Source: an uncultured Candidatus Binatia bacterium (lineage in GTDB: Bacteria; Desulfobacterota; Binatia; UBA9968; JAJDTQ01). Taken from it: a stretch of 64,000 bases of DNA. A program made the translations under genes and the position numbers. Positions 1 to 9,375 of the stretch are shown here, in pieces (within the stretch, counting starts at the first letter, position 1; each line of letters begins with the position of its first letter). The notes under the pieces are model-generated. The model worked only from the letters and a program-made list of their open reading frames with translations, searched no databases and was not told the DNA's origin. Location of the stretch: the NCBI GenBank assembly GCA_964291295.2, contig OZ219754.1:1088001-1152000 (forward strand). Direction: 5' to 3'.

Positions 1-271
1 GGATGTAGATGCCGGAGTGCCGGAAGGCGCGGGAAGGGAACACCGGGATGGCCGCGAACCGCGGCGTTCCCTTGTCCCGGGACATCAGGTAGGAGCCCAT
101 GGACATCTCGGCGGCGTCGAAGTCCTGGTAGCGCAGCATGCGCCAGAAGGTCTCCTCGACGCGGAACGGCAGGTAGGTCAGGTCGACCCCTTCCACGGGA
201 ACGCGGCCCTCCTGCAGCGGGCGCGTGCGGTCATAGTCCCAACAGGCGACGGTGATGCTCACTCTGGCCAT
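1..271 (-). CDS. 4,5-dihydroxyphthalate decarboxylase-like / ABC substrate-binding-fold protein (5' part only, runs off window start)
   Basis: Manual translation from ATG at 271: MARVSITVACWDYDRTRPLQEGRVPVEGVDL...FDAAEMSMGSYL...AIPVFPSRAFRHSGIYI. These are hallmark motifs of the family. Not in the ORF track. Paralog at 31117. Confidence 0.85.
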   Translation of the reverse strand, partial: MARVSITVACWDYDRTRPLQEGRVPVEGVDLTYLPFRVEETFWRMLRYQDFDAAEMSMGSYLMSRDKGTPRFAAIPVFPSRAFRHSGIYI

Positions 272-628
272 GGCGGTTGATCTCTCCCATTGCGCCGGGT
301 TGTCAGAAACGTGGAACCCGTCAGGAACATGGAGTCCGGCATCGGCTTCCGGGCTCGCCCTTGCAGCAAGGTAACAGGAATGGTCGGGCAGTGTAAGGAC
401 GCCGGCCGGGCGCGGGGCGGGGGAAGGCGGTGTTTCGGCGGCAGATTTCTACGGGACTTGTATCGCGGGGCTTGTATCGCAGGTTACCCGGATCCCCGCA
501 CCGCGGACCCTGCCGAAAACACCCTGGTCATCCGCTTCAAAGCCGTCCGCCAGCCGGAGCAGCGGTCCCTTGGGGTGCGGAGACGGTTTGTTGACCGGGA
601 ATGGCTTTTTGGGTATAGAGAGGACTCT

Positions 629-679
629 GGAAAAGATCGTGAAAAAGATCGTGAAAAAGGTCGTGAAAAAGATCGTGAA
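629..679. repeat. 12-bp tandem repeat (GAAAAAGATCGT) x4 upstream of nuoA
   Basis: Directly visible; two units carry one mismatch. Confidence 0.95.
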
Positions 680-742
680 TTTCTGAAAGTTTATTGACTT
701 CTCTATCTTGCTTCTCTTTTTCCCTGTCTTGCACGGAGACTC

Positions 743-1120
743 ATGCTTTTCGACTTTGCCAGCGTACTGGTTTTCACGTTGTTGGGGGCGGCCTTCGTCT
801 GGGTCAACCTGCTGATCGGCCGCCTGCTGCGGCCTTCCAATCCCCAATTCCGAAAGCTCTCCACCTATGAATGCGGCGAACCGGCGTCCGGGAGCGCCTG
901 GGTCAACTTCAACGTCCGGTTCTACTTCATCGCTCTCATCTTCATCATCTTCGAGGTGGAGATCGCTTTCATCTTCCCGGTGGCCGTGGTCTTCCGCGAC
1001 TGGCTTCAGAACGACGCGGGGCTCTTCGCGTTCGGTGCCGTCGCCGTCTTCACCCTCATCGTGTTCCTGGGTCTCATCTACGACTGGTGCAAGGGCGACC
1101 TGGAGTGGGTGAAGAACTAG
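743..1120 (+). CDS. nuoA: NADH-quinone oxidoreductase subunit A
   Basis: KLSTYECGE, FNVRFYFIALIFIIFEVE and KGDLEW motifs; three TM helices. Confidence 0.95.
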   Translation: MLFDFASVLVFTLLGAAFVWVNLLIGRLLRPSNPQFRKLSTYECGEPASGSAWVNFNVRFYFIALIFIIFEVEIAFIFPVAVVFRDWLQNDAGLFAFGAVAVFTLIVFLGLIYDWCKGDLEWVKN

Positions 1121-1163
1121 AGCGGGTGAGGAACCAGGCGGCGGGCACGCAGGTACCGGAGAC

Positions 1164-1670
1164 ATGACGGCGAAAGAAATACACGAGCGCGTCCGGGCGC
1201 TTTGCCCGGGGGGCGTGGGCGATCTCGACGACGAGTGCATGGACCCTTTCTTCCGGGTCGAGCCGGCCAACGTCAAGGAGGTCTGCTTGGCGCTTCGGGA
1301 CGACGACTCACTGAAGTTCGATGTGCTCTCGGACCTGACCGCCGTGGATCTCCCCGGAAAGGAGGTCCTGCAACTGGTCTACCATCTCTATTCATACGCC
1401 TTCCGACAACAGATGGTGGTCAAGGTCGACGTGGATCGGGCGGCGCCCCGGATCGCGACGGTGGAAGATGTCTGGAAGGTGGCCAACTGGTTCGAGCGGG
1501 AAGTGTACGATCTTTTCGGGGTTCTTTTCGAAGGCCATTCGGACCTCCGGCGGATCCTGCTGCCCGAGGACTGGATCGGCCATCCCCTGCGCAAGGACTT
1601 CGTGGAGCAGGAGACGTACGACGGCATCAGCACCGAGCGCGAGCCGCTGGTGCCGGAGAACATGCGCTAG
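1164..1670 (+). CDS. nuoC: NADH-quinone oxidoreductase subunit C
   Basis: ANWFEREVYDLFGV.FEGH.DLRRILLPEDW.GHPLRKDF motif. Confidence 0.95.
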   Translation: MTAKEIHERVRALCPGGVGDLDDECMDPFFRVEPANVKEVCLALRDDDSLKFDVLSDLTAVDLPGKEVLQLVYHLYSYAFRQQMVVKVDVDRAAPRIATVEDVWKVANWFEREVYDLFGVLFEGHSDLRRILLPEDWIGHPLRKDFVEQETYDGISTEREPLVPENMR

Positions 1671-1825
1671 GGAAGGTCCGAACAAGGCGATGGCACGACA
1701 GTGATCTGCTCGCAACCCATTGATTTTGTCAATTCAGCCCCATCGAACCCGGGGTTGTTCAGACTTCCCCGACCGCTGGTTTCGGGTCCGCCCGCAGCCG
1801 GGTCGGTTGACCGGAGAAGCCTGTC

Positions 1826-2962
1826 ATGAGCGAGGATGCCTCCAGCACGGGTCTGCACACTGAAGACATGACGCTGAACGTCGGTCCGCAGCACCCGAGC
1901 ACCCACGGCGTTCTGCGGTTCGTGGTCAAGACGGACGGCGAGGTCATCAAGGAGGCCATCCCGGACGTCGGCTACCTGCACCGCTCCATCGAGAAGATCG
2001 GCGAGAAGTGCACCTGGCACGGTTACGTCCCCTACACCGACCGGGCCGACTACCTGGCCGCCATGTTCGCCAACCAGGGCTTCTGCATGGCCGCCGAGCG
2101 GCTGGGCGACGTCGAGGTGCCGCCCCGGGGCGAGTACTGCCGGGTCATCGCCTGCGAGCTCAACCGCATCGCCAGCCATCTCATCGCGGTGGGCACCTTC
2201 GGACAGGACATCGGCGCCATCACCCCGTTCCTGCACGCGCTCCGGGAGCGCGAGACCATCAACGACCTCATGGAGGAGATCTGCGGCGCCCGCCTCACCT
2301 ACAACTACCTCCGGATCGGCGGCGTGGGCTACGACATCAGGCCCGAGACGTGCGCGCGGATCAGTGCGTTCCTCGACCACTTCGAGCCCATCGTCGATGA
2401 ATACAACCGGCTCCTGTCGTACAACAAGATCTTCATCGAGCGGCTGGCCAACGTCGCGGTGATCTCCAGGGAGGACGCGCTCCAATACAACCTCGTGGGC
2501 CCCAACCTGCGGGCTTCCGGCGTCCAGTGGGACATCCGCCGGGACATTCCCTATTCGGTCTATCCCGAACTCGATTTCGAGATTCCGGTAGGCCGGGGCG
2601 AGCGGGGCACCCTGGGCGACTCCTACGACCGCTACCACGTCCGGATCCGGGAACTCATGGAGAGCTGCGGGATCCTCCGCCAGTGTCTCGACAAGATGCC
2701 CGCCGGTCCGGCCGTCGCCAAGGTGGCGCGCAAGTTCAAGCCGCCCGCCGGCGAGACCTACGTGCGCATCGAGGCGCCGCGCGGGGACATGGGCTACTAC
2801 GTCGTCAGCGACGGCAGCGAGTATCCCTATCGGGTGAGGATACGCACCGGCTCCTTCACCGCCATGAGCATCATCGACAAGATCAGTCCGGGGATCATGG
2901 TCGCGGACCTCATCGCGCTGATCGCGAGCCTCGACGTGGACGCCCCCGAGATCGACCGCTAG
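1826..2962 (+). CDS. nuoD: NADH-quinone oxidoreductase subunit D
   Basis: [28 protein letters not shown] and C-terminal EIDR motifs. Confidence 0.96.
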   Translation: MSEDASSTGLHTEDMTLNVGPQHPSTHGVLRFVVKTDGEVIKEAIPDVGYLHRSIEKIGEKCTWHGYVPYTDRADYLAAMFANQGFCMAAERLGDVEVPPRGEYCRVIACELNRIASHLIAVGTFGQDIGAITPFLHALRERETINDLMEEICGARLTYNYLRIGGVGYDIRPETCARISAFLDHFEPIVDEYNRLLSYNKIFIERLANVAVISREDALQYNLVGPNLRASGVQWDIRRDIPYSVYPELDFEIPVGRGERGTLGDSYDRYHVRIRELMESCGILRQCLDKMPAGPAVAKVARKFKPPAGETYVRIEAPRGDMGYYVVSDGSEYPYRVRIRTGSFTAMSIIDKISPGIMVADLIALIASLDVDAPEIDR

Positions 2963-2965
2963 GCA

Positions 2966-4177
2966 GTGCCGATGGACTTTACCGTACAAGACCTTGTCGC
3001 GACGTGGTTGCCGGGCTCCGTCCCGGCGGCGCTGGCCCATGCCCTGGCCGCGGTGGCGGTGGCCCTCGCCGTGCTGTCGTTGTTCGTGGCGCCGCTCGCG
3101 GGCGTGACCAGTTGGCTGGAGCGGCGGGTGTGGGCGCGCATGCAGTCCCGGGTCGGACCCAACCGGGTGGGGCCGCAGGGGGTGCTTCAGTGGCTCGCGG
3201 ACGGTGTGAAGAATATCCAGAAAGAGGACATCATCCCGGCCGCGGCCGACAGGAAGCTCTTTCTGCTCGCCCCGTACATCGTCTTCGCGGGCTTTCTCGG
3301 CGCCTTCGTCGTCATCCCCTTCGGCAGTTGGCTGATCCCCGCCGACCTCAACATCGGCATCCTCTATCTGCTGGCCATCACCTCGCTGGTGGTGGTGGGC
3401 ATCCTGATGGCGGGCTGGTCCTCCAACAACAAGTGGTCGCTCCTGGGGGGCATGCGCTCGGCCGCGCAGATCGTCAGCTACGAGATACCCGCCGGACTGG
3501 CGGTGCTGACGGTGATCTTCCTTTCCGGCACCCTGAGCATGCAGGGAATCATCCAGGCCCAGGGCTGGGCGCCGTGGGACTGGTTCATCTTCTACAACCC
3601 GTTCACCCTGGTCGCCTTCTTCCTTTTCTTCACCGCGGCTCTGGCCGAGGGCAACCGCACGCCGTTCGACATTCCCGAAGCCGAATCCGAACTGGTGGCC
3701 GGCTACGTCACCGAGTACAGCGGCATGCGCTTCCTGTTCTTCTTCTTTGCGGAGTGGGGCAACCTGTACGTCATCGGCGCCATCGCCGCGACCCTGTTCC
3801 TCGGCGGCTGGCAGATACCGGCGACGGTCTTCGGCGTCACCATGGCCGAGCATCCGCTGCTCAAGGGTGTCCTGGAGTTCGCGGTGTTCTTCGTCAAGGC
3901 GTACCTCTGGGCCTTCGTCGCCATGTGGGTGCGCGGAACCCTGCCGCGGGTGCGCGTGGACCAGCTCATGGCCATGTGCTGGAAATACATGGTACCGATG
4001 GCGTTCCTGTGCCTCTTCGGAACGATCCTGCTCCTGGTCATCTGGCCCGAGGGGAACATGGTGCTGACGCTTGCCACGCTTGCCTTCGCCGGTCTCGTCG
4101 TGCTCTTCTTCTTTTGGCGCGTGGTCTGCCAGATTCTGCACGCGCGCCCCACCCTCTATCTCAAGCCCTACGTCTAG
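2966..4177 (+). CDS. nuoH: NADH-quinone oxidoreductase subunit H (start may be ATG 2972)
   Basis: ERRVWARMQSRVGPNRVGP, AQIVSYE and NRTPFDIPEAESELVAGYVTEYSG motifs. Confidence 0.96.
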   Translation: MPMDFTVQDLVATWLPGSVPAALAHALAAVAVALAVLSLFVAPLAGVTSWLERRVWARMQSRVGPNRVGPQGVLQWLADGVKNIQKEDIIPAAADRKLFLLAPYIVFAGFLGAFVVIPFGSWLIPADLNIGILYLLAITSLVVVGILMAGWSSNNKWSLLGGMRSAAQIVSYEIPAGLAVLTVIFLSGTLSMQGIIQAQGWAPWDWFIFYNPFTLVAFFLFFTAALAEGNRTPFDIPEAESELVAGYVTEYSGMRFLFFFFAEWGNLYVIGAIAATLFLGGWQIPATVFGVTMAEHPLLKGVLEFAVFFVKAYLWAFVAMWVRGTLPRVRVDQLMAMCWKYMVPMAFLCLFGTILLLVIWPEGNMVLTLATLAFAGLVVLFFFWRVVCQILHARPTLYLKPYV

Positions 4178-4206
4178 GAGACGGCCAGCCGAACCGGGGA
4201 AACGTC

Positions 4207-4746
4207 ATGAACGGAGTCATCGGGTACATTCGGAACGTGAGAGACACGGTGAGGAGCATCTTCGAGGGCATGACCATCACCTTCTCCCACTTCGTCCGCA
4301 AGCCGTCGACGGTCCAGTACCCCGACCGCATCGCGCAGCAGGTGCAGGCCTCCCTGCCGCTGCGTTACCGCGGCATCCTGGAGGTCGACATGGACATCTG
4401 CACGGGCTGCCTGGCGTGCGAGCGGGTCTGCCCGATCAACTGCATCGCCATCGGCATCGAGATGAACTCCGAGACGAAGCAGCGCGACTTCACCCAGTTT
4501 GACATCGACATATGCAAGTGCATGTATTGTGGACTTTGCATGGAGGCCTGCCCCACGGGATCCATTCGTCACACCCAGGAGTTCGAGGGTGCCTGCAACA
4601 ATCCCGCCGGTCTGGTGCGGCATTTCGTCACCGGGAAAGTGCCTCTCTACAAGCCGAAGAAAGGCGGGGAGACGGAACCCCGGATGATCCGGAAGGTGGA
4701 CATCGGCAAGACGTACATGGACGAGATAGCCGAGCCGGAAAACTGA
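4207..4746 (+). CDS. nuoI: NADH-quinone oxidoreductase subunit I (2x[4Fe-4S])
   Basis: 3' part of ORF 2527..4746 from ATG 4207; TVQYPD motif and two CxxCxxCxxxCP motifs. Confidence 0.93.
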   Translation: MNGVIGYIRNVRDTVRSIFEGMTITFSHFVRKPSTVQYPDRIAQQVQASLPLRYRGILEVDMDICTGCLACERVCPINCIAIGIEMNSETKQRDFTQFDIDICKCMYCGLCMEACPTGSIRHTQEFEGACNNPAGLVRHFVTGKVPLYKPKKGGETEPRMIRKVDIGKTYMDEIAEPEN

Positions 4747-4884
4747 CGTCCCGCCGGCCATGTCGGGATTCGCGAGAATTTCTCGTCGGAAAGGCTCCCA
4801 GCCCCCCGCCGCGGCACTCCACACCCATGGCCCGGTCCGTGTGATACGGGCCGCTCGTCCCCCATCCAGAGGGTGGTTTGGATC

Positions 4885-5391
4885 ATGGAAATTTCCATAG
4901 ACGTGCTCATCTTTTACCTGGTTTCCCTCGTGGTGGTGGGGTCGGCCTGCGTCGTGGCCTTTTCGCGCAACATCGTGCACTCGGCGTTCTCGCTGCTGGG
5001 CACGTTCGGCGGCGTGGCCGGGCTGTACGTGTTTCTCGGCGCCGACTTCGTGGCGGCGGTGCAGGTGCTGATCTACGTCGGCGGCATTCTCGTGCTGATC
5101 CTGTTCGCGGTCATGTTGACCCACCGGATCAGTGACGTCGACATCACCAACCGCACGGTGGGGCGGATTCCCGGGCTTGCGGCGGTGGCCGTGTTTCTGG
5201 GCATCCTGGTCTACGCCATCGGCCGGACCGATTGGGTGAAGGTCGGGGAGGTGGCGTTCGCCCCCACCACCGCGGTCATCGGCAATCTCTTCCTGGGCGA
5301 CTACCTGCTGCCGTTCCAGATTGCCGCGGTGGTGCTGCTGGTGGCTCTCATCGGCGCCATCACGCTGTCGCGCAAGGAAATCAAGGAATAG
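4885..5391 (+). CDS. nuoJ: NADH-quinone oxidoreductase subunit J
   Basis: ADFVAAVQVLIYVGGILVLILFAVMLT motif; position in operon. Confidence 0.93.
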   Translation: MEISIDVLIFYLVSLVVVGSACVVAFSRNIVHSAFSLLGTFGGVAGLYVFLGADFVAAVQVLIYVGGILVLILFAVMLTHRISDVDITNRTVGRIPGLAAVAVFLGILVYAIGRTDWVKVGEVAFAPTTAVIGNLFLGDYLLPFQIAAVVLLVALIGAITLSRKEIKE

Positions 5392-5414
5392 ATCAGGGAA
5401 CAGAGCTTCACGAG

Positions 5415-5747
5415 ATGGCTGCATACCTCGCAACGTTGACGAACGTCGGACTGGAGCACTACCTGGTGGTGGCGGCCATCCTGTTCGCACTGGGCATCTA
5501 CATCGTCCTCACCCGGCGCAACGCCATCAGCATCCTGCTGGGGGTGGAGCTCATCCTGAATTCGGCCGGACTGAACTACGTGGCCTTCTCGCACTTCAGC
5601 ACCGGCAACGTCGACGGACAGATCTACACCGTCTTCATCATCATGCTGGCGGCCTCCGAAGCCGCCATCGGCCTGGCCATCGTCCTGGCCATCTACCAGC
5701 TCTTCGCCACCATCGACGTCGAGGCCACCGAGACGCTCAAGGACTAG
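5415..5747 (+). CDS. nuoK: NADH-quinone oxidoreductase subunit K
   Basis: RRNAI..LLGVELILNSA and AASEAAIGLAI motifs; start taken at ATG 5415. Confidence 0.94.
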   Translation: MAAYLATLTNVGLEHYLVVAAILFALGIYIVLTRRNAISILLGVELILNSAGLNYVAFSHFSTGNVDGQIYTVFIIMLAASEAAIGLAIVLAIYQLFATIDVEATETLKD

Positions 5748-5767
5748 CCCGCACGAGTCGCTTTGCC

Positions 5768-7801
5768 ATGGATCACCCCGTTCAGACCGATTTCCTGCGC
5801 TGGATCGTGTTGTTCCCGCTCATGGGGGCAGTGATAAACGGCCTTCTGGGCGCCCGTCTGCAAGAGCGCGCAGGCAAGTGGGCGGTGGCCTTCATCGCCT
5901 GCGCCCCGGTGACCCTGTCCTTCCTGTTCTCGCTCTGGGCCTTCGGCCGGCTGCTGGCCCTGCCGGCCAAGGATCGGTTTCTCATCGACTCGTTCTATTC
6001 CTGGATCCCGTTGGGTTCCTTCAGCGTGGACGTGGCCTTCTGGGTGGACCCCCTGTCGGCCATCATGATCCTGGTGGTGAGCGGCATCGGCGGACTGATC
6101 CACTTCTATTCCATCGGCTACATGCACGACGACCGCTCCATGTGGCGCTACTTTGCCTACCTGAACCTGTTCACCTTCTCCATGCTGCTGCTGGTGACCG
6201 GCGACAACCTGCTGCTCATGTTCGTGGGCTGGGAGGGCGTGGGGCTCTGCTCCTGGGCGCTCATCGGCTTCTGGTACACCGACCACACCAACACACGGGC
6301 CGGCAACAAGGCATTCATCGTCAACCGCGTCGGCGACTTCGGCTTCGTGCTGGGCATCTTCCTGCTCTACTGGACCCTGGCCGGGCAGGGTCAGGGAACT
6401 CTGGCGTTCCGCGAGATCGAGGAGCACGTGGGGTTGCTGGCGGACGCGCAGCTCTGGGGCATCGGCGCGGCGACGCTGGTGACTTTCCTGCTGTTCATCG
6501 GCGCCACCGGCAAGTCGGCGCAGATCCCGCTCTACGTGTGGCTGCCGGACGCCATGCAGGGGCCTACTCCGGTGAGCGCCCTGATCCACGCCGCCACCAT
6601 GGTGACGGCCGGCGTCTACATGATCGCGCGGCTGAACGGGCTGTTCTCGGCGGCTCCCGCCACCCTGGGCGTCATCGCCGCGGTGGGCGCCGCCACCGCC
6701 TTCTTCGCCGCCACCATCGCGGTGACCCAGACCGACATCAAGCGGGTGCTGGCCTACTCCACCATCAGCCAGCTCGGCTACATGTTCCTGGCCATGGGCG
6801 TGGCGGCCTACGCCGCCGGCGTCTTCCACCTGCTGACCCACGCGTTCTTCAAGGCATGCCTCTTTCTCGGCTCCGGCAGCATCATCCACGCCATGCAGGG
6901 AGAGCAGGACATGCGCCGCATGGGCGGCCTGCGAACGGTGATGCCGGCCACCTTCCGGACCTTCGCCATCGCGGTGCTGGCCATCGCCGGAACCCCGTTG
7001 CTGGCCGGCTTCTTCTCCAAGGACGCCATCCTGTGGCAGGCATGGGCGACCCATCACCCGCTCCTCTGGGGGGTGGGCGTGTTCGTTGCGGGCCTGACGG
7101 CGTTCTACATGTTCCGCCAGTTCTTCATGGTGTTCTTCGGCGAATGCCGCGCCGACGGCCACGTTCGGGAGCACCTGCACGAATCGCCGAAGGTCATGAC
7201 GTATCCGCTGTGGATCCTTGCCGCGGGCTCCGTCGTCATCGGCTATATCGGATTGCCGGCCTTCATGGGCGGCAGCCGCATCGACCAGTGGCTCGATCCG
7301 GTGATCCACGCCGCTCACGGCGAGCACCACTCGGTGATGGAGGAGCTGGGCGTGATGAGCGTTTCGGTGGCCGCCGCCGCCGCGGGGGTGGCGCTGGCCT
7401 GGTTCCTGTACTACCTGCGCACGCCGGCACGGGACGATTCGCCGGAGGCCGGGGGATTCCCGTACCGCCTGCTCTACAACAAGTACTACGTCGACGAGGT
7501 CTACCAGTTCGTCTTTGTCGGCGGCACTCTGCTGCTGGCGCGGATCGGAGCGGCCTTCGACCGCCATGTCATCGACACCCTGGTGGACGGATCGGCCCGG
7601 CTCACCACCCTGGTTTCCTGGTTCAACGGCCTGTTCGACAAGTATGTCGTGGACATGCTGGTCAACGCCGTCGCCAATGTGACCTTTGCCACCGGCAACC
7701 ACTTCCGCAGGGTCCAGACCGGCAACATCAACGGCTACCTCTACGTGGTGGTGGGCGCCGTGGTCGCCGCCCTGATCGTCAAGTTGCGCTACTGGAGTTG
7801 A
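5768..7801 (+). CDS. nuoL: NADH-quinone oxidoreductase subunit L
   Basis: GKSAQIPLYVWLPDAMQGPTPVSALIHAATMVTAG and HAFFKACLFLGSG motifs; start ATG 5768. Confidence 0.96.
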   Translation: MDHPVQTDFLRWIVLFPLMGAVINGLLGARLQERAGKWAVAFIACAPVTLSFLFSLWAFGRLLALPAKDRFLIDSFYSWIPLGSFSVDVAFWVDPLSAIMILVVSGIGGLIHFYSIGYMHDDRSMWRYFAYLNLFTFSMLLLVTGDNLLLMFVGWEGVGLCSWALIGFWYTDHTNTRAGNKAFIVNRVGDFGFVLGIFLLYWTLAGQGQGTLAFREIEEHVGLLADAQLWGIGAATLVTFLLFIGATGKSAQIPLYVWLPDAMQGPTPVSALIHAATMVTAGVYMIARLNGLFSAAPATLGVIAAVGAATAFFAATIAVTQTDIKRVLAYSTISQLGYMFLAMGVAAYAAGVFHLLTHAFFKACLFLGSGSIIHAMQGEQDMRRMGGLRTVMPATFRTFAIAVLAIAGTPLLAGFFSKDAILWQAWATHHPLLWGVGVFVAGLTAFYMFRQFFMVFFGECRADGHVREHLHESPKVMTYPLWILAAGSVVIGYIGLPAFMGGSRIDQWLDPVIHAAHGEHHSVMEELGVMSVSVAAAAAGVALAWFLYYLRTPARDDSPEAGGFPYRLLYNKYYVDEVYQFVFVGGTLLLARIGAAFDRHVIDTLVDGSARLTTLVSWFNGLFDKYVVDMLVNAVANVTFATGNHFRRVQTGNINGYLYVVVGAVVAALIVKLRYWS

Positions 7802-7848
7802 GGCGGTGTGGTCCGTGAGACCGGACGCCACATAGGAGAGATGCGAAA

Positions 7849-9369
7849 ATGACCGAACACGTGCTGAGCTACATGGTCTTTTTTCCCTTGGCCGGGATGC
7901 TGGTGGTGCTGCTCCTGCCCAGCGGACGCCATGATCTCATTCGCTGGGTTTCGGCCGCGGCCACGGTGCCGCCGCTCATTCTGGGGATCTGGTTGTACGC
8001 CAACTTCGACACCACCACCACCGCCATGCAGTTCGTCGAGCGGGTTCCCTGGATCCCGGCCTTCAACATCGAGTACTTCGTCGGAGTCGACGGTCTCAGC
8101 GTCTCCATGGTGCTGCTGACCGCGCTGCTGTCGTTTCTCTGCATCTTCGCCTCCTGGGGCATCGACAAGGGGGTCAAGGGTTATTTCGCGCTGTTCCTGC
8201 TCCTGGACACCGGCATGACCGGGGTGTTCGTGGCGCTGGATTTCGTGCTCTTCTACGTGTTCTGGGAAGTCATGCTGCTTCCCATGTACTTTCTCATCGG
8301 CATCTGGGGCGGCCCGCGCAAGGAGTATGCCGCCATCAAGTTCTTCCTCTACACGCTGCTGGGCAGCGTGCTCATGCTGGTCGCCATCCTGGCGCTGTAC
8401 TTCCACTCCGAGCCCAACACCTTCGACATGACGAAGCTCATGGACCGGAGCAGCCTCTACGGCACCACGCCGCTGGCCATGTGGCCCTTCAACGCCTGGG
8501 GCTGGGGCTTCCAGCACGTGGTGTGGATGGCGCTGTTCATCGGGTTCGCCATCAAGATCCCGGCCTTCCCGTTTCACACCTGGCTGCCCGACGCCCACGT
8601 GGAGGCACCCACCGCCATCTCCGTGATCCTGGCGGGCATCCTCCTGAAGATGGGGACCTACGGCATCCTGCGCATCAACTATCCGATGCTGCCGGTGGCC
8701 ACGGCCGACCTGGCGTTCTACTTCCTGGCGGCCCTGGGAGCCTGGAACATCGTCTACGGTGGCCTGTGCGCCATGGCGCAGACGGACATGAAGAAGCTCG
8801 TGGCCTACTCCAGCGTCAGCCACATGGGCTACGTCATGCTGGGGATGGCGGCCTTCAATACCCAGGGCATCAACGGCGCGGTGCTCCAGATGTTCAATCA
8901 CGGCACCATCACCGCCATGCTCTTCCTGCTCGTGGGCGTGGTCTATGATCGTGCCCACCACCGCGAGATCAACGGTTTCGGCGGGCTGGCCGGCATCATG
9001 CCGGTGTACGCGGGCTTCACCGCGCTGGCCTTCTTCGCCTCCATGGGGCTTCCGGGGCTGTCGGGCTTCGTCTCCGAGGTGCTGGTGCTGCTGGGCGCGT
9101 GGCCCCGGTACCACGCCCTGACCATCATCGCGGCCCTGGGCATCGTCATCACCGCCGGTTACATGCTGTGGATGATGCAACGGGTCTATCTCGGCCCGCC
9201 CAACGAGAAATACCGGGAGCTGCCCGAGATCAACGGCCGCGAGGTCTTCACGCTGTTCCCGCTGGGAGCGATCGTGGTCATCGTCGGCGTCTATCCGCGG
9301 GTGGTGCTCGACCTGCTCCAGGCCTCCCTCGACAACATCAACCATATGGTGGTCGCGCACCTTTCGTAG
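7849..9369 (+). CDS. nuoM: NADH-quinone oxidoreductase subunit M
   Basis: FPFHTWLPDAHVEAPT and AYSSVSHMG motifs. Confidence 0.96.
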   Translation: MTEHVLSYMVFFPLAGMLVVLLLPSGRHDLIRWVSAAATVPPLILGIWLYANFDTTTTAMQFVERVPWIPAFNIEYFVGVDGLSVSMVLLTALLSFLCIFASWGIDKGVKGYFALFLLLDTGMTGVFVALDFVLFYVFWEVMLLPMYFLIGIWGGPRKEYAAIKFFLYTLLGSVLMLVAILALYFHSEPNTFDMTKLMDRSSLYGTTPLAMWPFNAWGWGFQHVVWMALFIGFAIKIPAFPFHTWLPDAHVEAPTAISVILAGILLKMGTYGILRINYPMLPVATADLAFYFLAALGAWNIVYGGLCAMAQTDMKKLVAYSSVSHMGYVMLGMAAFNTQGINGAVLQMFNHGTITAMLFLLVGVVYDRAHHREINGFGGLAGIMPVYAGFTALAFFASMGLPGLSGFVSEVLVLLGAWPRYHALTIIAALGIVITAGYMLWMMQRVYLGPPNEKYRELPEINGREVFTLFPLGAIVVIVGVYPRVVLDLLQASLDNINHMVVAHLS

Positions 9370-9375
9370 CTCAAG

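Noticed and set aside
694-722. Sigma70 promoter for nuoA from TTGACT
   Set aside because: No credible -10 hexamer at 16-18 bp spacing.
1691-1706. Sigma54 promoter at TGGCACG (also 62240)
   Set aside because: No GC at the -12 position (GG-N10-GC spacing fails).
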